The translations under genes and the position numbers were made by a program. The notes under the pieces were generated by a model. It worked only from the letters and a program-made list of their open reading frames with translations, did not search any database and was not told the DNA's origin. DNA of 64,000 bases from Chloroflexota bacterium (GTDB taxonomy: Bacteria > Chloroflexota > UBA11872 > VXOZ01), in contig OY760183.1 of assembly GCA_963663275.1 (NCBI GenBank), positions 3,467,183 to 3,531,182 of the forward strand. The letters run 5' to 3'. This document shows, one piece after another, positions 29,572 to 39,713 of the stretch (within the stretch, counting starts at the first letter, position 1; each line of letters opens with the position of its first letter).

Positions 29572-30853
29572 ATGCACCAGGCCCCCAGAGGAACAGCCGA
29601 CATCCTGCCCGAGCAGCGGCGGTACTGGTCGTTCGTGTACGGCACGGTCGCCGGGGCCGCAGGGGCGTTCGGCTACGAGCGCATCGACACGCCCGTCTTC
29701 GAGGACACGGCGCTCTTCGCCCGCACGGTCGGCGAGGAGACGGACATCGTCCAGAAGGAGATGTACAGCTTCCAGGACCGGGGCGGACAGGAGATCACGC
29801 TCCGGCCCGAGGGAACGGCCGCCGTCTGCCGCGCGTACCTGGAGCACGGCCTGCACAACCGGCCGCTGCCGGTGCGCCTCTACTACCTCTGCCCGATGTT
29901 CCGCTACGACCGCCCGCAGGCCGGACGCTACCGCCAGTTCCACCAGTTCGGCATCGAGGCGATCGGCGACCCGGACGCGACCGTCGATCTGGAGGTGCTG
30001 CAGCTCGCGATGGAGAGCATGGAGCGGCTCGGCCTCGGCGGCATGACGCTCGTGCTCAACAACATCGGCGACGCCGCCGACAGGCCGCGCTACGTCGAGG
30101 CGCTCCGCGAGCACTTCAGCCCGCATGCCGCCCACATGGGGAAGGACGACCGCCGCCGCCTCGACACCAACCCGCTGCGCCTGCTCGACTCCAAGGAGCT
30201 CGCGGGCGAGTCGTTCATGGCGTCCGCCCCGCGCAGCGTCGACTACCTCGGCGGCGAGGCGCGCGAACACTGGCAGGAGCTGCTCGGCTACCTCGACGCG
30301 CTCGGCATCCCGTACCGGCTCGACCACACACTCGTGCGCGGGCTGGACTACTACACCCGCACCGTCTTCGAGGTGCACCCGTCGCGCGAGGGAGCGCAGA
30401 GCGCGGTATGCGCCGGCGGGCGCTACGACGGCCTCATCGAGCAGTTGGGCGGACGCCCCACGCCGGGCATCGGCTTCGCGGCGGGGATCGAGCGCCTCAT
30501 CCTGAACCTGAGAGAGCAGGGGACGGAGCCGCCCGGCACGGACCCGGCGCCGCTGGTGATGGCCTATCGCGGGGAGCGCGCCAAGGCGGAGGCGGTCCGC
30601 CTCGCCGCGACGCTCCGCTCCGCCTCGGGACGCGGCGGTCGTCGTCGCGCCTCCGCGCAGCCTCAAGGCGCAACTGCGGTACGCGTCGGCGCTCGGCGCG
30701 CGCGGGGTCTTCATCCTGGGCGACGCGGAGCTCGAGAACGGCACGGTGACGTACCGCGACATGGCGACGAGCGAGCAGCGCGAAGTGGCGATGGCGCGGG
30801 CGGCGGAGGCGGCAGCACGCCTGATCCCCTCTCCCTCAAGGGGAGAGGGTTAG
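29572..30853 (+). CDS. hisS: Histidine--tRNA ligase, with an apparent indel at ~30625
   Basis: APRGTADIL, LRPEGTA, RYDRPQAGRYRQFHQ, LVRGLDYY and GGRYDGL. The anticodon domain (SLKAQLRYA...ILGDAEL) lies in a shifted frame. Confidence 0.95.
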
Positions 30854-31000
30854 GGAGAGGGTACTGGGGGGGAGGCGCGGAGCACGGCGTATGCCCCACC
30901 GCCCCCCGCCGGTCCACCCTCATCCCAACCTTCTCCCCTCAAGGGAGAAGGAGCCGGAATCCCCCTCTCCACCCTTCGACAGGCTCAGGGTGAACGGGAC
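30827..31000. repeat. REP-like palindromes CCCTCTCCC-Nx-GGGAGAGGG and TTCGACAGGCTCA
   Basis: The CCCTCTCCC family recurs at ~38654-38730, 58829-58916, 59694-59724 and 62074-62110; the TTCGACAGGCTCA family recurs at ~3705-3721 and 61949-61961. Confidence 0.8.
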
Positions 31001-31017
31001 CCAGACGCGGCACGCTC

Positions 31018-32243
31018 TCAGAACACGAGGTCGAGGAAGTGGATGGGGTTGGTTCTGCGGACGATCTCGGCTGTGGTGAGCGACTGCCCGGCGTTCACCC
31101 AGAACTCGACGACCCGCTCCGACGTAGCGCGAGACGTCGAGCGCTACCGGCAGCTCGTACCCGCCGGCGGTCACGACCTCCCTGGTGAACCAGAGGGTGT
31201 CCCGTCCTTCCCTGCTCACCTTCGCGTACAGCCGCGTGCCGACCGGGGCAGGCTCGCCGTCGACGGTGATGTCGCCCAGGAACACGATGGGGATGGGACG
31301 GCGGCGCGCCGGGCGGGCCGGAGGCGTCGGGCACGGGCGGCGCGATCTGCGTGTGTCCGGTGCGCAATAGCGGGATGAGGACGCCCTTGAACGCGTCGGT
31401 GGACGCCGCGTAGACCTCCCCGCCCTGGCCGACGCCCCTCCGGCTGAGCCAGGCAGCGGGCATCCGCAGGCCCTGGAGTTCGCCCTTGTCGTTGATGAGC
31501 GCAGCGCCGTCGAACGCGGAGCTCTCCCCGATGTGCAGCTGGATGTAGCCGTAACCGATCGGGGAGAAGATGAACCCCCGCGCAGTCACCGGGCGCGGGC
31601 TGAGCGTCTCCTCGTCCGGGTCGTACTGCATCAGCGCCATCTGCTCACCGATGCCGGGAGCCCTGGTGGAGAGCGGGAGGAAGTCGTAGACGCGAGGCTC
31701 GCCGGTGGGAGTGAGCAGCGCGAGCCCCTGCTCGTCGCTCCTGCCTGTCACCCACGCGACGCCCTCCGTGCCGTCGGCCAGGGTGAACGTCACCTGCGGG
31801 GCGTTCCCCAGCGGGCCGGACACGGTGAGTATCTCGCCGTTCTCGCTGACGACCGCGCCGGTCCAGACGTTCTCGCCGAGCGTGAGCTTGACCACCGCGC
31901 TCGCCGCCTGGGCCGCGGCCTCTTGCGGCGTGAGCACGGGCTCAGGCGTGGGAGTGGCGGTCGGCTCCGGCGCCGGGGTAGGCGTTGGCGTGGCCGTCGG
32001 CGCCGGGGTGGGGGTGGACGTTGGGGTAGGCGTTGGTGTGGCCGTCGGCACCGGGGTGGGGGTGGACGTTGGGGTAGGCGTGGGGGAGGGCGTCGGCGTT
32101 GCCGTGGGCGGGGCCTGGGTTGGCGTGGGGGTGGGCGCCGGCGCGGGCTCTTCTTCCTGCGAAGCGTCGAATGCGAAAACGAGCGCCAGCACGAAGACGG
32201 CTGCAAGGACGATCAGGATTGGTATGCGCAGGGATTTCCGCAT
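31018..32243 (-). CDS. Secreted PT-rich trypsin-fold protein lacking the catalytic triad (apparent indels at ~31295 and ~31115)
   Basis: Signal anchor, PT repeats, [14 protein letters not shown]; the C-terminal [12 protein letters not shown]...VEFWVN...DLVF is pieced together across frames. Paralogue of the next gene. Confidence 0.7.
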
Positions 32244-32304
32244 GGCTTATAGGTTCATCGCAGGGACGGCGGACGTGCTCCGCCCCCACTTCATGCAGGT
32301 TCAG

Positions 32305-33513
32305 TTAGAACGCGAGATCCAGTTCCTCTTGTTGGAATGCATGTCCCTGCCCTGTGTAGGTTGCTCCCCTGTCAGCCCTCTTACCGTTGATCCAGAACTC
32401 TATGCTGCCCCCGTTGTAGTTACTGGTTGGGGCAGAGATGTTGAGAATGACGAACCCCGTCTCTGTAGTCGTTTCCGAGTCCCAGTAATCGGGTTGACCG
32501 GACTTCTGGAGTTTGGCGTACACCCGGGTTCCCACCGGCGCAGCCGCTCCGTCTATGGTTACGTTGCACACGAAGATGGCGGGTATGGACGGCGGGCTTG
32601 TACCCGGCCCATCCTGTGTTGGCGCAGGAGGGGCTATTTGTATGACGCCGGTCCGCAGGGTGGGGATGGCGGTCGTTCCGATCTGTGCCGCATCGACGGC
32701 GCAGACCTCGCCCGGGGCGCATGCCTGGCGCTGCAGCAGCCAGAGTTCAGGCATGCGGATGCCCTGGATCTTCCCCTCGGGGTTGATCAGCATCGCTCCA
32801 TCCGCTGTGGACCCGGTTGCCTGGAACTTGATGTAGCTGTATCCCAGAGGTGAGGCGTTATAACCGTTCACGCGGGTGACCCGCTGGTCCAACGTTGGCG
32901 AGAAGCTGGAGTGCTGGAGCAGCCCGAGCTGGTCTCCTATCGTGGGAGGGGTCGCCGAGAGCGCGATGGTGTCGTACGGGGGCGAGGGGTTGATGGGGCT
33001 GAGCAGGGCCAGCCCTGAACCAGTATCGTCCCTGCCGATCACCCATGCCTGCCCCTGGTTGCCGTTCTCCAGGATGAAGTCGGCGACGGGTGCGCTTCCC
33101 AGCGCGGCGGAGGTCGTCAATATCTCGCCGCTCTCGTTGATGACGGCGCCCGTCCAGACGGTCTCGTTCGCCAGCAGCCTGACCATCGCCTTGCTGGAGA
33201 AGTCGACGACTTCTTCCTGCGTGGGCGTGGGCGTTGCGGTCGGCGTTGCGGTGGGCGTGGGCGTGTGGGTGGCCGTGGGCGTCGGCGTCGGGGTGAGGGT
33301 TGCCGTGGGCGTAGGCGTTACGGTGGGGGTGGCCGTTGCGGTAGGCGTTGGGGTGGGCGTCGCCGTTGGGGTGGGCGTCGCCGTGGGCAGCGCGGTCGGC
33401 GTCGCGGCGACGGGCACGACCGCAGGCTGCGGGTCCGCGCAGGCGACGGTCATCGTCATCGCAAGCGCGACGGCGAGGATGGCAGACAGAGGGGCAGCCG
33501 CAGATATCCGCAT
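32305..33513 (-). CDS. PT-rich trypsin-fold lipoprotein lacking the catalytic triad
   Basis: Lipobox TVAC, PT repeats, WTGAVINESGEILTTS, GLALL, TADGAMLIN and C-terminal VTIDGAAAPVGT...IEFWING...DLAF. Confidence 0.75.
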   Translation of the reverse strand: MRISAAAPLSAILAVALAMTMTVACADPQPAVVPVAATPTALPTATPTPTATPTPTPTATATPTVTPTPTATLTPTPTPTATHTPTPTATPTATPTPTQEEVVDFSSKAMVRLLANETVWTGAVINESGEILTTSAALGSAPVADFILENGNQGQAWVIGRDDTGSGLALLSPINPSPPYDTIALSATPPTIGDQLGLLQHSSFSPTLDQRVTRVNGYNASPLGYSYIKFQATGSTADGAMLINPEGKIQGIRMPELWLLQRQACAPGEVCAVDAAQIGTTAIPTLRTGVIQIAPPAPTQDGPGTSPPSIPAIFVCNVTIDGAAAPVGTRVYAKLQKSGQPDYWDSETTTETGFVILNISAPTSNYNGGSIEFWINGKRADRGATYTGQGHAFQQEELDLAF

Positions 33514-33645
33514 AGGCCTCATTCGGGGTAGCAAGTTATGTCGTCCACGGCGGGGACAATGGAGCGATTCTATGCTGCCGGGAGGGGCGTCTCCAATGAG
33601 TTTGGGATGCCTGTTTGACCCTGTGCTATGCTGAAACGCCCTGCC

Positions 33646-34719
33646 ATGTTCGAACGGCTCGATAATCTGCTGAAGCGTCGTGAGGAGATAGACACGCTCC
33701 TCGCTTCGCCGGAAGTCGTTGCCGATCCGGCGCAGCTCACGAGGCTGGGCAGGGAGCGTGCCGCCCTGCTGCCGGTGGTGACCGCGTGGGAGCGGCTCCA
33801 GACCGCCCGGAACGAACTCGATGAAGCGAAAGAGCTCGCTTCGGATGCCGACCCGGAAGTCGCGGCGCTGGCCGTGGAGGAGGCCGAGAGCCTCGATGCC
33901 GAGGTGGAGCGGCTGAACGGGGAGCTGCGCGAGGCCCTGCTCCCGAAAGACCCGAACGACAGCAAGAACGTGATCATGGAGATCCGCGGCGGGGCCGGGG
34001 GAGACGAGGCTGCGCTGTTCGCGGGCGATCTGTTCCGCATGTACCAGCGGTACGCGCAACGGCACGGGTTGCGCGTGGACATCGTCAACACGAGCGAGAC
34101 CGAACAGGGCGGGTTGAAAGAGGTGGTCTGCGAGATCGAGGGAGCGGACGCCTACCGTCTCCTGAAGCATGAGAGCGGTGTGCATCGCGTGCAGCGCGTT
34201 CCCGTGACCGAGGCGCAGGGGCGCATACACACCTCGACCGCCACCGTCGCCGTGTTGCCCGAGGCGGACGAAGTGGACGTGGACATCAGACCCGAGGACC
34301 TGCGGGTGGACATCTTCCACTCCGGCGGCCCCGGCGGGCAGAACGTGAACAAGGTCGCCACCGCCGTGCGCGTCGTGCACAACCCCACGGGCATCATGGT
34401 CGTCTCGCAGGACGAACGGTCGCAGCTGCGGAACAAGACGAAGGCGATGGCCGTGCTCCGCTCACGCCTCTACGAGCAGCAGCTGCGCGAGCAGCAGGCC
34501 GCTACGTCGGCGGCGCGGCGCTCCCAGGTGGGCGCGGGCGACCGCTCGGAGAAGGTGCGCACCTACAACTTCCCGCAGGACCGCCTCACGGACCATCGCA
34601 TCGGCATGTCGGTCCACGGTCTGCAGGAGATCATGGCCGGTCAGATCGACGCGGTGGTCGATGCGTTGCTGCGGGACGAGCAGGCCCGGTTGCTGGAGGA
34701 GGCGGAGGCAGCCGTCTGA
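33646..34719 (+). CDS. prfA: Peptide chain release factor 1
   Basis: EIRGGAGGDEAALF, HRVQRVPVTE (PxT motif), GGQ and RTYNFPQDR. Confidence 0.97.
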   Translation: MFERLDNLLKRREEIDTLLASPEVVADPAQLTRLGRERAALLPVVTAWERLQTARNELDEAKELASDADPEVAALAVEEAESLDAEVERLNGELREALLPKDPNDSKNVIMEIRGGAGGDEAALFAGDLFRMYQRYAQRHGLRVDIVNTSETEQGGLKEVVCEIEGADAYRLLKHESGVHRVQRVPVTEAQGRIHTSTATVAVLPEADEVDVDIRPEDLRVDIFHSGGPGGQNVNKVATAVRVVHNPTGIMVVSQDERSQLRNKTKAMAVLRSRLYEQQLREQQAATSAARRSQVGAGDRSEKVRTYNFPQDRLTDHRIGMSVHGLQEIMAGQIDAVVDALLRDEQARLLEEAEAAV

Positions 34720-34782
34720 CGAGGTGTCATTCCGAGCGGAGCGCAGCGAAGTCGAGGAATCTCTCGGGCAACGGTCTGCCGC

Positions 34783-35247
34783 TCACGGACGCTCCGTGAG
34801 GGATGCTTCGGCTCCGCTCAGCATGACGAGTTCGCTTGCGTCGGAAGCCGAAGCAGCGGGGAGCGTCTCGTCCCACTCCATGCCTCCGCGCTTCCACTCG
34901 TAGGCCCAGCCCGCGACCATCACGGCGGTGAAGAACAGGATGGCCCCGAACGCGGACCAGCCCATGACGCCTGCCTGGGACGCCCACGGGAAGAGGAAGA
35001 CGACCTCCACGTCGAACAGGAGGAAGAGGAGCGCGAAGCGGTAGTAGCGCACGTTGAAGCGCTCCCAGCGCCCGCGCTCCGGCTCCATGCCGCACTCGTA
35101 CGGGGTGTACTTGATGGGGTTGGGCCGGAACGGCCGGGCCTTGATCCGGGTGGCAACCTGGGAGAGCACGAGCACGCTTGCGGGTATGACGACCGCAACA
35201 GCGGAGAGCATCAGGACGAGCCCGTACTGCCGGAGATAGTCTTCCAT
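34783..35247 (-). CDS. nuoA: NADH-quinone oxidoreductase subunit A
   Basis: KYTPYECG, YY.FALLFLLFDVE..FLFPW and YEWKRG. Confidence 0.92.
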   Translation of the reverse strand: MEDYLRQYGLVLMLSAVAVVIPASVLVLSQVATRIKARPFRPNPIKYTPYECGMEPERGRWERFNVRYYRFALLFLLFDVEVVFLFPWASQAGVMGWSAFGAILFFTAVMVAGWAYEWKRGGMEWDETLPAASASDASELVMLSGAEASLTERP

Positions 35248-35335
35248 GGCCTCATGCTATGGACGCCGGGACGCGGGCGTCAAGCCGGGGAGTCGAGGGC
35301 TTTGTCATGTTGAGCGGAGCTCGGAATGACAATCC

Positions 35336-35435
35336 TTGCATCACGAGCGACTCAGGTGCTAGCATGCGCTATTGTGTCCGCTTGTTCCGCAGGGAACTCC
35401 GCAAGCGGTACTTTCCGGAAAGGGGGGCTGCTTGA
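35336..35435 (+). promoter_or_regulatory. Putative promoter and structured 5' leader of speD-speE
   Basis: TTGCAT-18nt-TAGCAT with a TG extension; stems CCGCTTG/CAAGCGG and TTCC/GGAA, plus a CTTTCCGGAAAG palindrome over the SD. Confidence 0.5.
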
Positions 35436-35811
35436 TTGGAAGCGCTGGGTCGCCACGTTCTGCTGGAGCTCCGCTCCTGTAATCCCGCATCGCTCGATGA
35501 CCTTCCCCCTGCTGGAAGGCATGATGCTGCGCGCCGCCGAGGAAACCGGCGCGACCGTTATAGACAAGATCTTCCACCAGTTCAGTCCCCAGGGCGTCAC
35601 CGGCGTCATCGCGATCGCCGAATCCCATCTGTGCATCCATACCTGGCCCGAGTTCTCGTACGCCGCGGTAGACATCTTCACCTGCGGCGAGAACTTCGAT
35701 CCCACCGAGGCGGCCAGGCTCATCATCGCAGGCCTCGAATCGGCTGACTCGGAGATAAGGGAGATCGAACGCGGTGTCGATATCCTCTCCTCCGTCGCCG
35801 CCCCCGCCTGA
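35436..35811 (+). CDS. speD: S-adenosylmethionine decarboxylase proenzyme (apparent extra C at ~35507)
   Basis: LGRHVLLEL, then FHQFSPQGVTG..IAESHLCIHTWPE..YAAVDIFTCG; the two halves are in different frames. Confidence 0.92.
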
Positions 35812-35812
35812 C

Positions 35813-36743
35813 ATGAACGGACTCTCCCCCCCGGACGCTCTGGTACATGGAGTACCTGACGCCTGACCTCGTGCAGGCATCCAGCGTCCGGCAGGTCATC
35901 TACGAAGGCGACACTCCCTATCAGCACGTGCAGGTGCTCGAGACCGGCCCCTTCGGCAGGATGCTGGTGCTGGACGGCAAGACGCAGTCCTCCGAGTCCG
36001 ACGAATGGGTCTACCATGAGGCGCTCGTCCAGCCGGTGATGCTTGCGCACGCGGACCCCCGGCGCGTCATGGTCGCCGGCGGCGGCGAGGGCGCGACCAT
36101 CCGGGAGGTGCTGCGGCACGGCTCGGTCGAGGAGGTCGTCATGGTCGATCTCGACAAGGCCGTGGTCGACCTCTGCAAGGAGCATCTCCCTGAGCACCAT
36201 CGCGGGGCGTTCGACGACCCGCGCGTAACCCTGCTGCACGAGGACGCGCTGGCGTACCTCGAACAGCGGGAGACGCCGTTCGACGTCATCGTCATCGACG
36301 TGCCGGACCCGCTGGAGGGCGGGCCTGCGTACCTGCTCTTCACGGTGGAGTTCTACGAACTCGTGCGGGCGCGGCTCGCGCCGGACGGGCTGATGGTCGC
36401 GCAGTCCGGCCCCACAGGGCCCACGAACGTGCGCGAGGTCTTCACGGCGATCGCTCAGACGATGGGGCGGGTGTTCGACCACGCGTCCGGCTATCACGCG
36501 CACATCCCCAGTTTCGGGATGACGTGGGGGTTCATCGCCTGCGGCGGCGCGGACGCCCCCGACCCCGGCGCGATGAGCGATGCGGAGGTGGACGCGCGCG
36601 TGCGCGAGCGCGTCGCATCGCCGCTGCGCTTCTACGACGGCGCGGCGCACCGGGGGATGTTCGGCCTGCCGAAGTACGTGCGCGAGGCGGTCGCCGCGGA
36701 GACGCGCGTCATCACGCGCGACAACCCCATCTACGCGGTCTAG
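35813..36743 (+). CDS. speE: Polyamine aminopropyltransferase (spermidine synthase)
   Basis: TPYQ, LVLDGKTQS, YHEALV, GGGEGATIRE and FDVIVID. The start is likely ATG 35813 with an extra C in the C7 run, otherwise ATG 35847. Confidence 0.93.
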
Positions 36744-36888
36744 GCGCACCCGCCGGAGGTCGCCACAGACGCGGAGAAGGGGCGCAGCGCGCCCCTTCTC
36801 TACTCGCGGCCAGTTGCTCTCGCTTCAGGCGGGAGAGCCCGGGGAGGATCGGGCTCCCCCGCCACGGCTAGGAGCCGCCCTTCTTGCT

Positions 36889-37353
36889 TCAGGAAGCGAC
36901 CGAGTCCGATGACGTTTCACCGGAGTCTCCGCCTCTGTCCTTCCAGCCGTACCCCCAGGACCCGCCGCGCTTGCCGCCGTGGTGGCCCCGTCCGAAGCCG
37001 AACTTCTTGCCCCGTCCGTCCCCGGGGCCCAGCTCGGGCGTGCCCAGGTAGCGATCGAGGTACGCGTCCGCCTGCTCCTGCGTGATCTTGCCTTCCTCGA
37101 CCATCGCCGCGAGCTTGTCGCGCAGCTGCTGCTCCCAGGCTGCCTTCCGCTCTGCCTGCAGTTCCTCTCTGGTCTCGTCCACCGCGGTCTGGAGCTCCTC
37201 CTGCCCGATGCCGAGCTTGCCCGCGAGTATCTCCACGAAGCGCGACACGGTGGAATCGTCGTCCGACTCGCTCTGGGCGAACGCTGTTCCTGCGATGGCT
37301 CCGGTCAGGAGCAGGGCTGTGAGGGCCGAAATGACTATCCACTTTCTGCGCAT
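36889..37353 (-). CDS. Hypothetical secreted protein
   Basis: Signal peptide (AFA), helical core with VEEGKITQEQAD, Gly-rich tail; GAGGAGG RBS. Confidence 0.75.
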   Translation of the reverse strand: MRRKWIVISALTALLLTGAIAGTAFAQSESDDDSTVSRFVEILAGKLGIGQEELQTAVDETREELQAERKAAWEQQLRDKLAAMVEEGKITQEQADAYLDRYLGTPELGPGDGRGKKFGFGRGHHGGKRGGSWGYGWKDRGGDSGETSSDSVAS

Positions 37354-37516
37354 GGAATGCTGCCTCCTCGATTTGCGATTGCTGTTGTTCCGTAACGCGC
37401 GCTACCAGACACTACGCGCCGGGCCTCCGTGCGGATTCATCGTACCGGGCGGGTTCCCCGAAGCGCGCAGCGCTACCTCGTTGAAGGCGCAGTGCGGCGG
37501 GTGCATAGTTGACGGG

Positions 37517-38026
37517 ATGAACCCGATAGACCTGCTCATCCTCGTGCTGGTGGTCGGCGGCGGTTTCCTCGGCTGGGTGAACGGCGTCGTGAAATGGCTG
37601 TTCACCTTCCTGGGGCTCATCGTCGGCGTCTTCGTCGCCAGCAGGCTCTACGGGACGCTCGACTGGGCCATCCCGCTGGTCGACAGCGACGGCCTGCGGC
37701 AGTTCATCGTGTTCATCCTCATCGTCGCCGCCGCGTCGATAGGGGGGTGGATGCTGGGACGAGCGGTCAAGAAGGCGTTGAGCATCCTGCTGATGGGGTG
37801 GGTCGACAGAGGCGCGGGAATGGCTCTGGGCCTGCTCGTGGGCCTGCTTGCCGGGTCTGCCGTCGCCCTGGCCGCGAGCACCGTGCCGTCCGATGGGGTG
37901 CGGCAGGCGGTCGAGGAGTCGCTTCTGGCGGCCACGCTCCTGGATGCGACCTCGTTCCTGCGCGGGCTCATGCCGTCCGAGTTCGACGTGAAGATTTCGT
38001 TGTTCGGCGGCGCCGGCCGCGCATAG
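37517..38026 (+). CDS. CvpA family (colicin V production) membrane protein
   Basis: MNPIDLLIL...GWVNG, WVDRGAGMALG and ESLLA. Confidence 0.85.
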   Translation: MNPIDLLILVLVVGGGFLGWVNGVVKWLFTFLGLIVGVFVASRLYGTLDWAIPLVDSDGLRQFIVFILIVAAASIGGWMLGRAVKKALSILLMGWVDRGAGMALGLLVGLLAGSAVALAASTVPSDGVRQAVEESLLAATLLDATSFLRGLMPSEFDVKISLFGGAGRA

Positions 38027-38123
38027 CCCTGTGGCCGGTTAACGGACAGAGGTTGCCGTATGCTCCGCCGCGCTCTTATGATTTGAGCGTGCGGGCCTCT
38101 GAACGGACGGTGGGCCCGCTGGG

Positions 38124-38666
38124 GTGGACGCTCTGAGCGAGGCTGTTCTCATCCTGAACCAGAACTACGAGCCGTTGAACGTCTGCGGCGTGAGGCGGGC
38201 GCTGCTCCTTGTCCTGGGGCAGAAGGCGCAGCCCCTCGAGTTGGGTACCGGCGCGTACCACTCCGTGTCGCAGAACTTCCCCATCCCCTCGGTCATACGC
38301 CTGCTGTACATGGTGAAGCGGCCGCTCTTCACGCGCCGCCTCTCCCGCCGCGAGGTGTTCTGGCGGGACCAGTTCTCGTGCCAGTACTGCGGCAGGCAGA
38401 CGCGGGAGCTGACGCTCGACCACGTCGTGCCCCGCGTGCTGAACGGCCCGCACACGTGGGAGAACGTCGTGGCGGCCTGCGTGCCGTGCAACCATCGCAA
38501 GGCGGGGCGCACGCCCGCGCAGGCGAACATGCGCCTGCTGCGCGAGCCGTCGCCGCCGAGGGCGAACCCGTACTACCACCTGATGCACCGCAGCCTGCCC
38601 GACGAGTGGAGCATGTACCTCCCGTGGATGGCGCAGCCGCGCCGACCCTTATCCCCTCTCCCTTGA
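38124..38666 (+). CDS. HNH endonuclease (McrA-like)
   Basis: VLILNQNYEPL, RD.FSCQYCG, LTLDHVVP and WENVVAACVPCNHRK. Confidence 0.92.
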   Translation: MDALSEAVLILNQNYEPLNVCGVRRALLLVLGQKAQPLELGTGAYHSVSQNFPIPSVIRLLYMVKRPLFTRRLSRREVFWRDQFSCQYCGRQTRELTLDHVVPRVLNGPHTWENVVAACVPCNHRKAGRTPAQANMRLLREPSPPRANPYYHLMHRSLPDEWSMYLPWMAQPRRPLSPLP

Positions 38667-39710
38667 GGGGAGAGGGTCAGGGTGAGGGTGAACCAGCGAG
38701 GGGAGAGGGTCAGGGTGAGGGTGAACCAGCAGCGGCGCTTCCAGCATGAACACGTCCAGCGCGAGGCGGACGTTGGCGTTGCGCTCCAGCGCCTCGATGG
38801 TGCGGGTGACGTTCTGCGCCCACCGGACGACGCCGGCCGGTTGCAGGGCGCCCGCGTGCCGTTCCAGCACCTCCCGCCAGGAGAGGTTGGTGATGCTTGC
38901 GCCGTGCCCCTGCTGGATGAGCATGACGTCCCGCAGCCAGCGCAGCCAGAGGAAGAGCTCCTCCCGGCCCGCGCCGCGGTCGCGGTCGATGCGCCGTGCG
39001 AGTTCGCCCGCGTAGGTGAACCGCTCCTCCAGCCCGCCATCGATGGCGTCCACGATCTGCTCCATCCGCTGGTGCACCGACGCGTAGAGCGTATCGTCTC
39101 CGGTTGCGGCGATGGCCCAGCCGATGCAGCCGCGCGAGAGGCGGGCGAGCACCTGCGCCTGCTCTGCGCTCACGCCGTGCTCCTCCTGCAGGACGCGCGC
39201 GACCTCATCCACCGGCAGGGGGCGGAAGTAGAGGGTCTGGCAGCGGGAGCGGACCGTCGGCAACTGGTTGTCCGCGCTCGTGCCGACGAGGATGAGCACC
39301 ACGTCGTCCGGCGGCTCCTCCAGCACCTTGAGCAGGGCGTTGGCGGCGTCGCGGGTGAGGAGGTCGGCCTCGGTGATGACGAACACGCGGGTGCGTCCTT
39401 CGTAGGGGCGCAGGTGGGCGGAGTTGATGAGGTCGCGCACCGCGTCGATGCCGATGGACGCGGCATTCCCGCCGAGGTCGATGAGGCGCACGTCGGCGTG
39501 GTTGCCCTCGGCGATGCGGGTGCAGCTCGGGCAGACGCCGCACGGGGGCGTATCCGCGTCGCAGTTCAGGGCCTGTGCGAACTGGACGGCGAGGGTCGCC
39601 TTGCCCAGGTGCGCGGGGCCGGTGAAGAGGTAGGCGTGGTGGAGGCGGCTCTCCGCCAGTGAGCGTTCCAGGGTCTGAACGGGGAGCTGCTGGCCGTGCA
39701 GACGGAGCAT
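38649..39710 (-). CDS. holB: DNA polymerase III delta' subunit
   Basis: HAYLFTGP..LGK, CxxC zinc motifs, AANALLKVLEEPP and LPTVRSRC. Confidence 0.92.
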   Translation of the reverse strand: MLRLHGQQLPVQTLERSLAESRLHHAYLFTGPAHLGKATLAVQFAQALNCDADTPPCGVCPSCTRIAEGNHADVRLIDLGGNAASIGIDAVRDLINSAHLRPYEGRTRVFVITEADLLTRDAANALLKVLEEPPDDVVLILVGTSADNQLPTVRSRCQTLYFRPLPVDEVARVLQEEHGVSAEQAQVLARLSRGCIGWAIAATGDDTLYASVHQRMEQIVDAIDGGLEERFTYAGELARRIDRDRGAGREELFLWLRWLRDVMLIQQGHGASITNLSWREVLERHAGALQPAGVVRWAQNVTRTIEALERNANVRLALDVFMLEAPLLVHPHPDPLPSLVHPHPDPLPSRERG

Positions 39711-39713
39711 GGG

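Noticed and set aside
30600-30853. hisS as a pseudogene
   Set aside because: The gene is essential and the anticodon domain is intact in the adjacent frame, so this is most likely a sequencing indel.
31940-33420. Tandem GGCGTG/GGGGTG repeats resembling an array
   Set aside because: They encode Pro/Thr linkers and have no repeat-spacer structure, so they are not CRISPR.
35500-35835. Frameshifts in C-runs of both speD and speE, suggesting polyamine-regulated frameshifting (antizyme-like)
   Set aside because: Similar single-base insertions occur in unrelated genes (vsr, a Rieske oxygenase, an SDR) and an indel also breaks essential hisS, so homopolymer assembly error is more parsimonious. Revisit only if reads and orthologues confirm the shifts.
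38124-38666. HNH nuclease as a defence or mobile gene
   Set aside because: It has host-like GC, sits in a housekeeping context and belongs to a widespread family.
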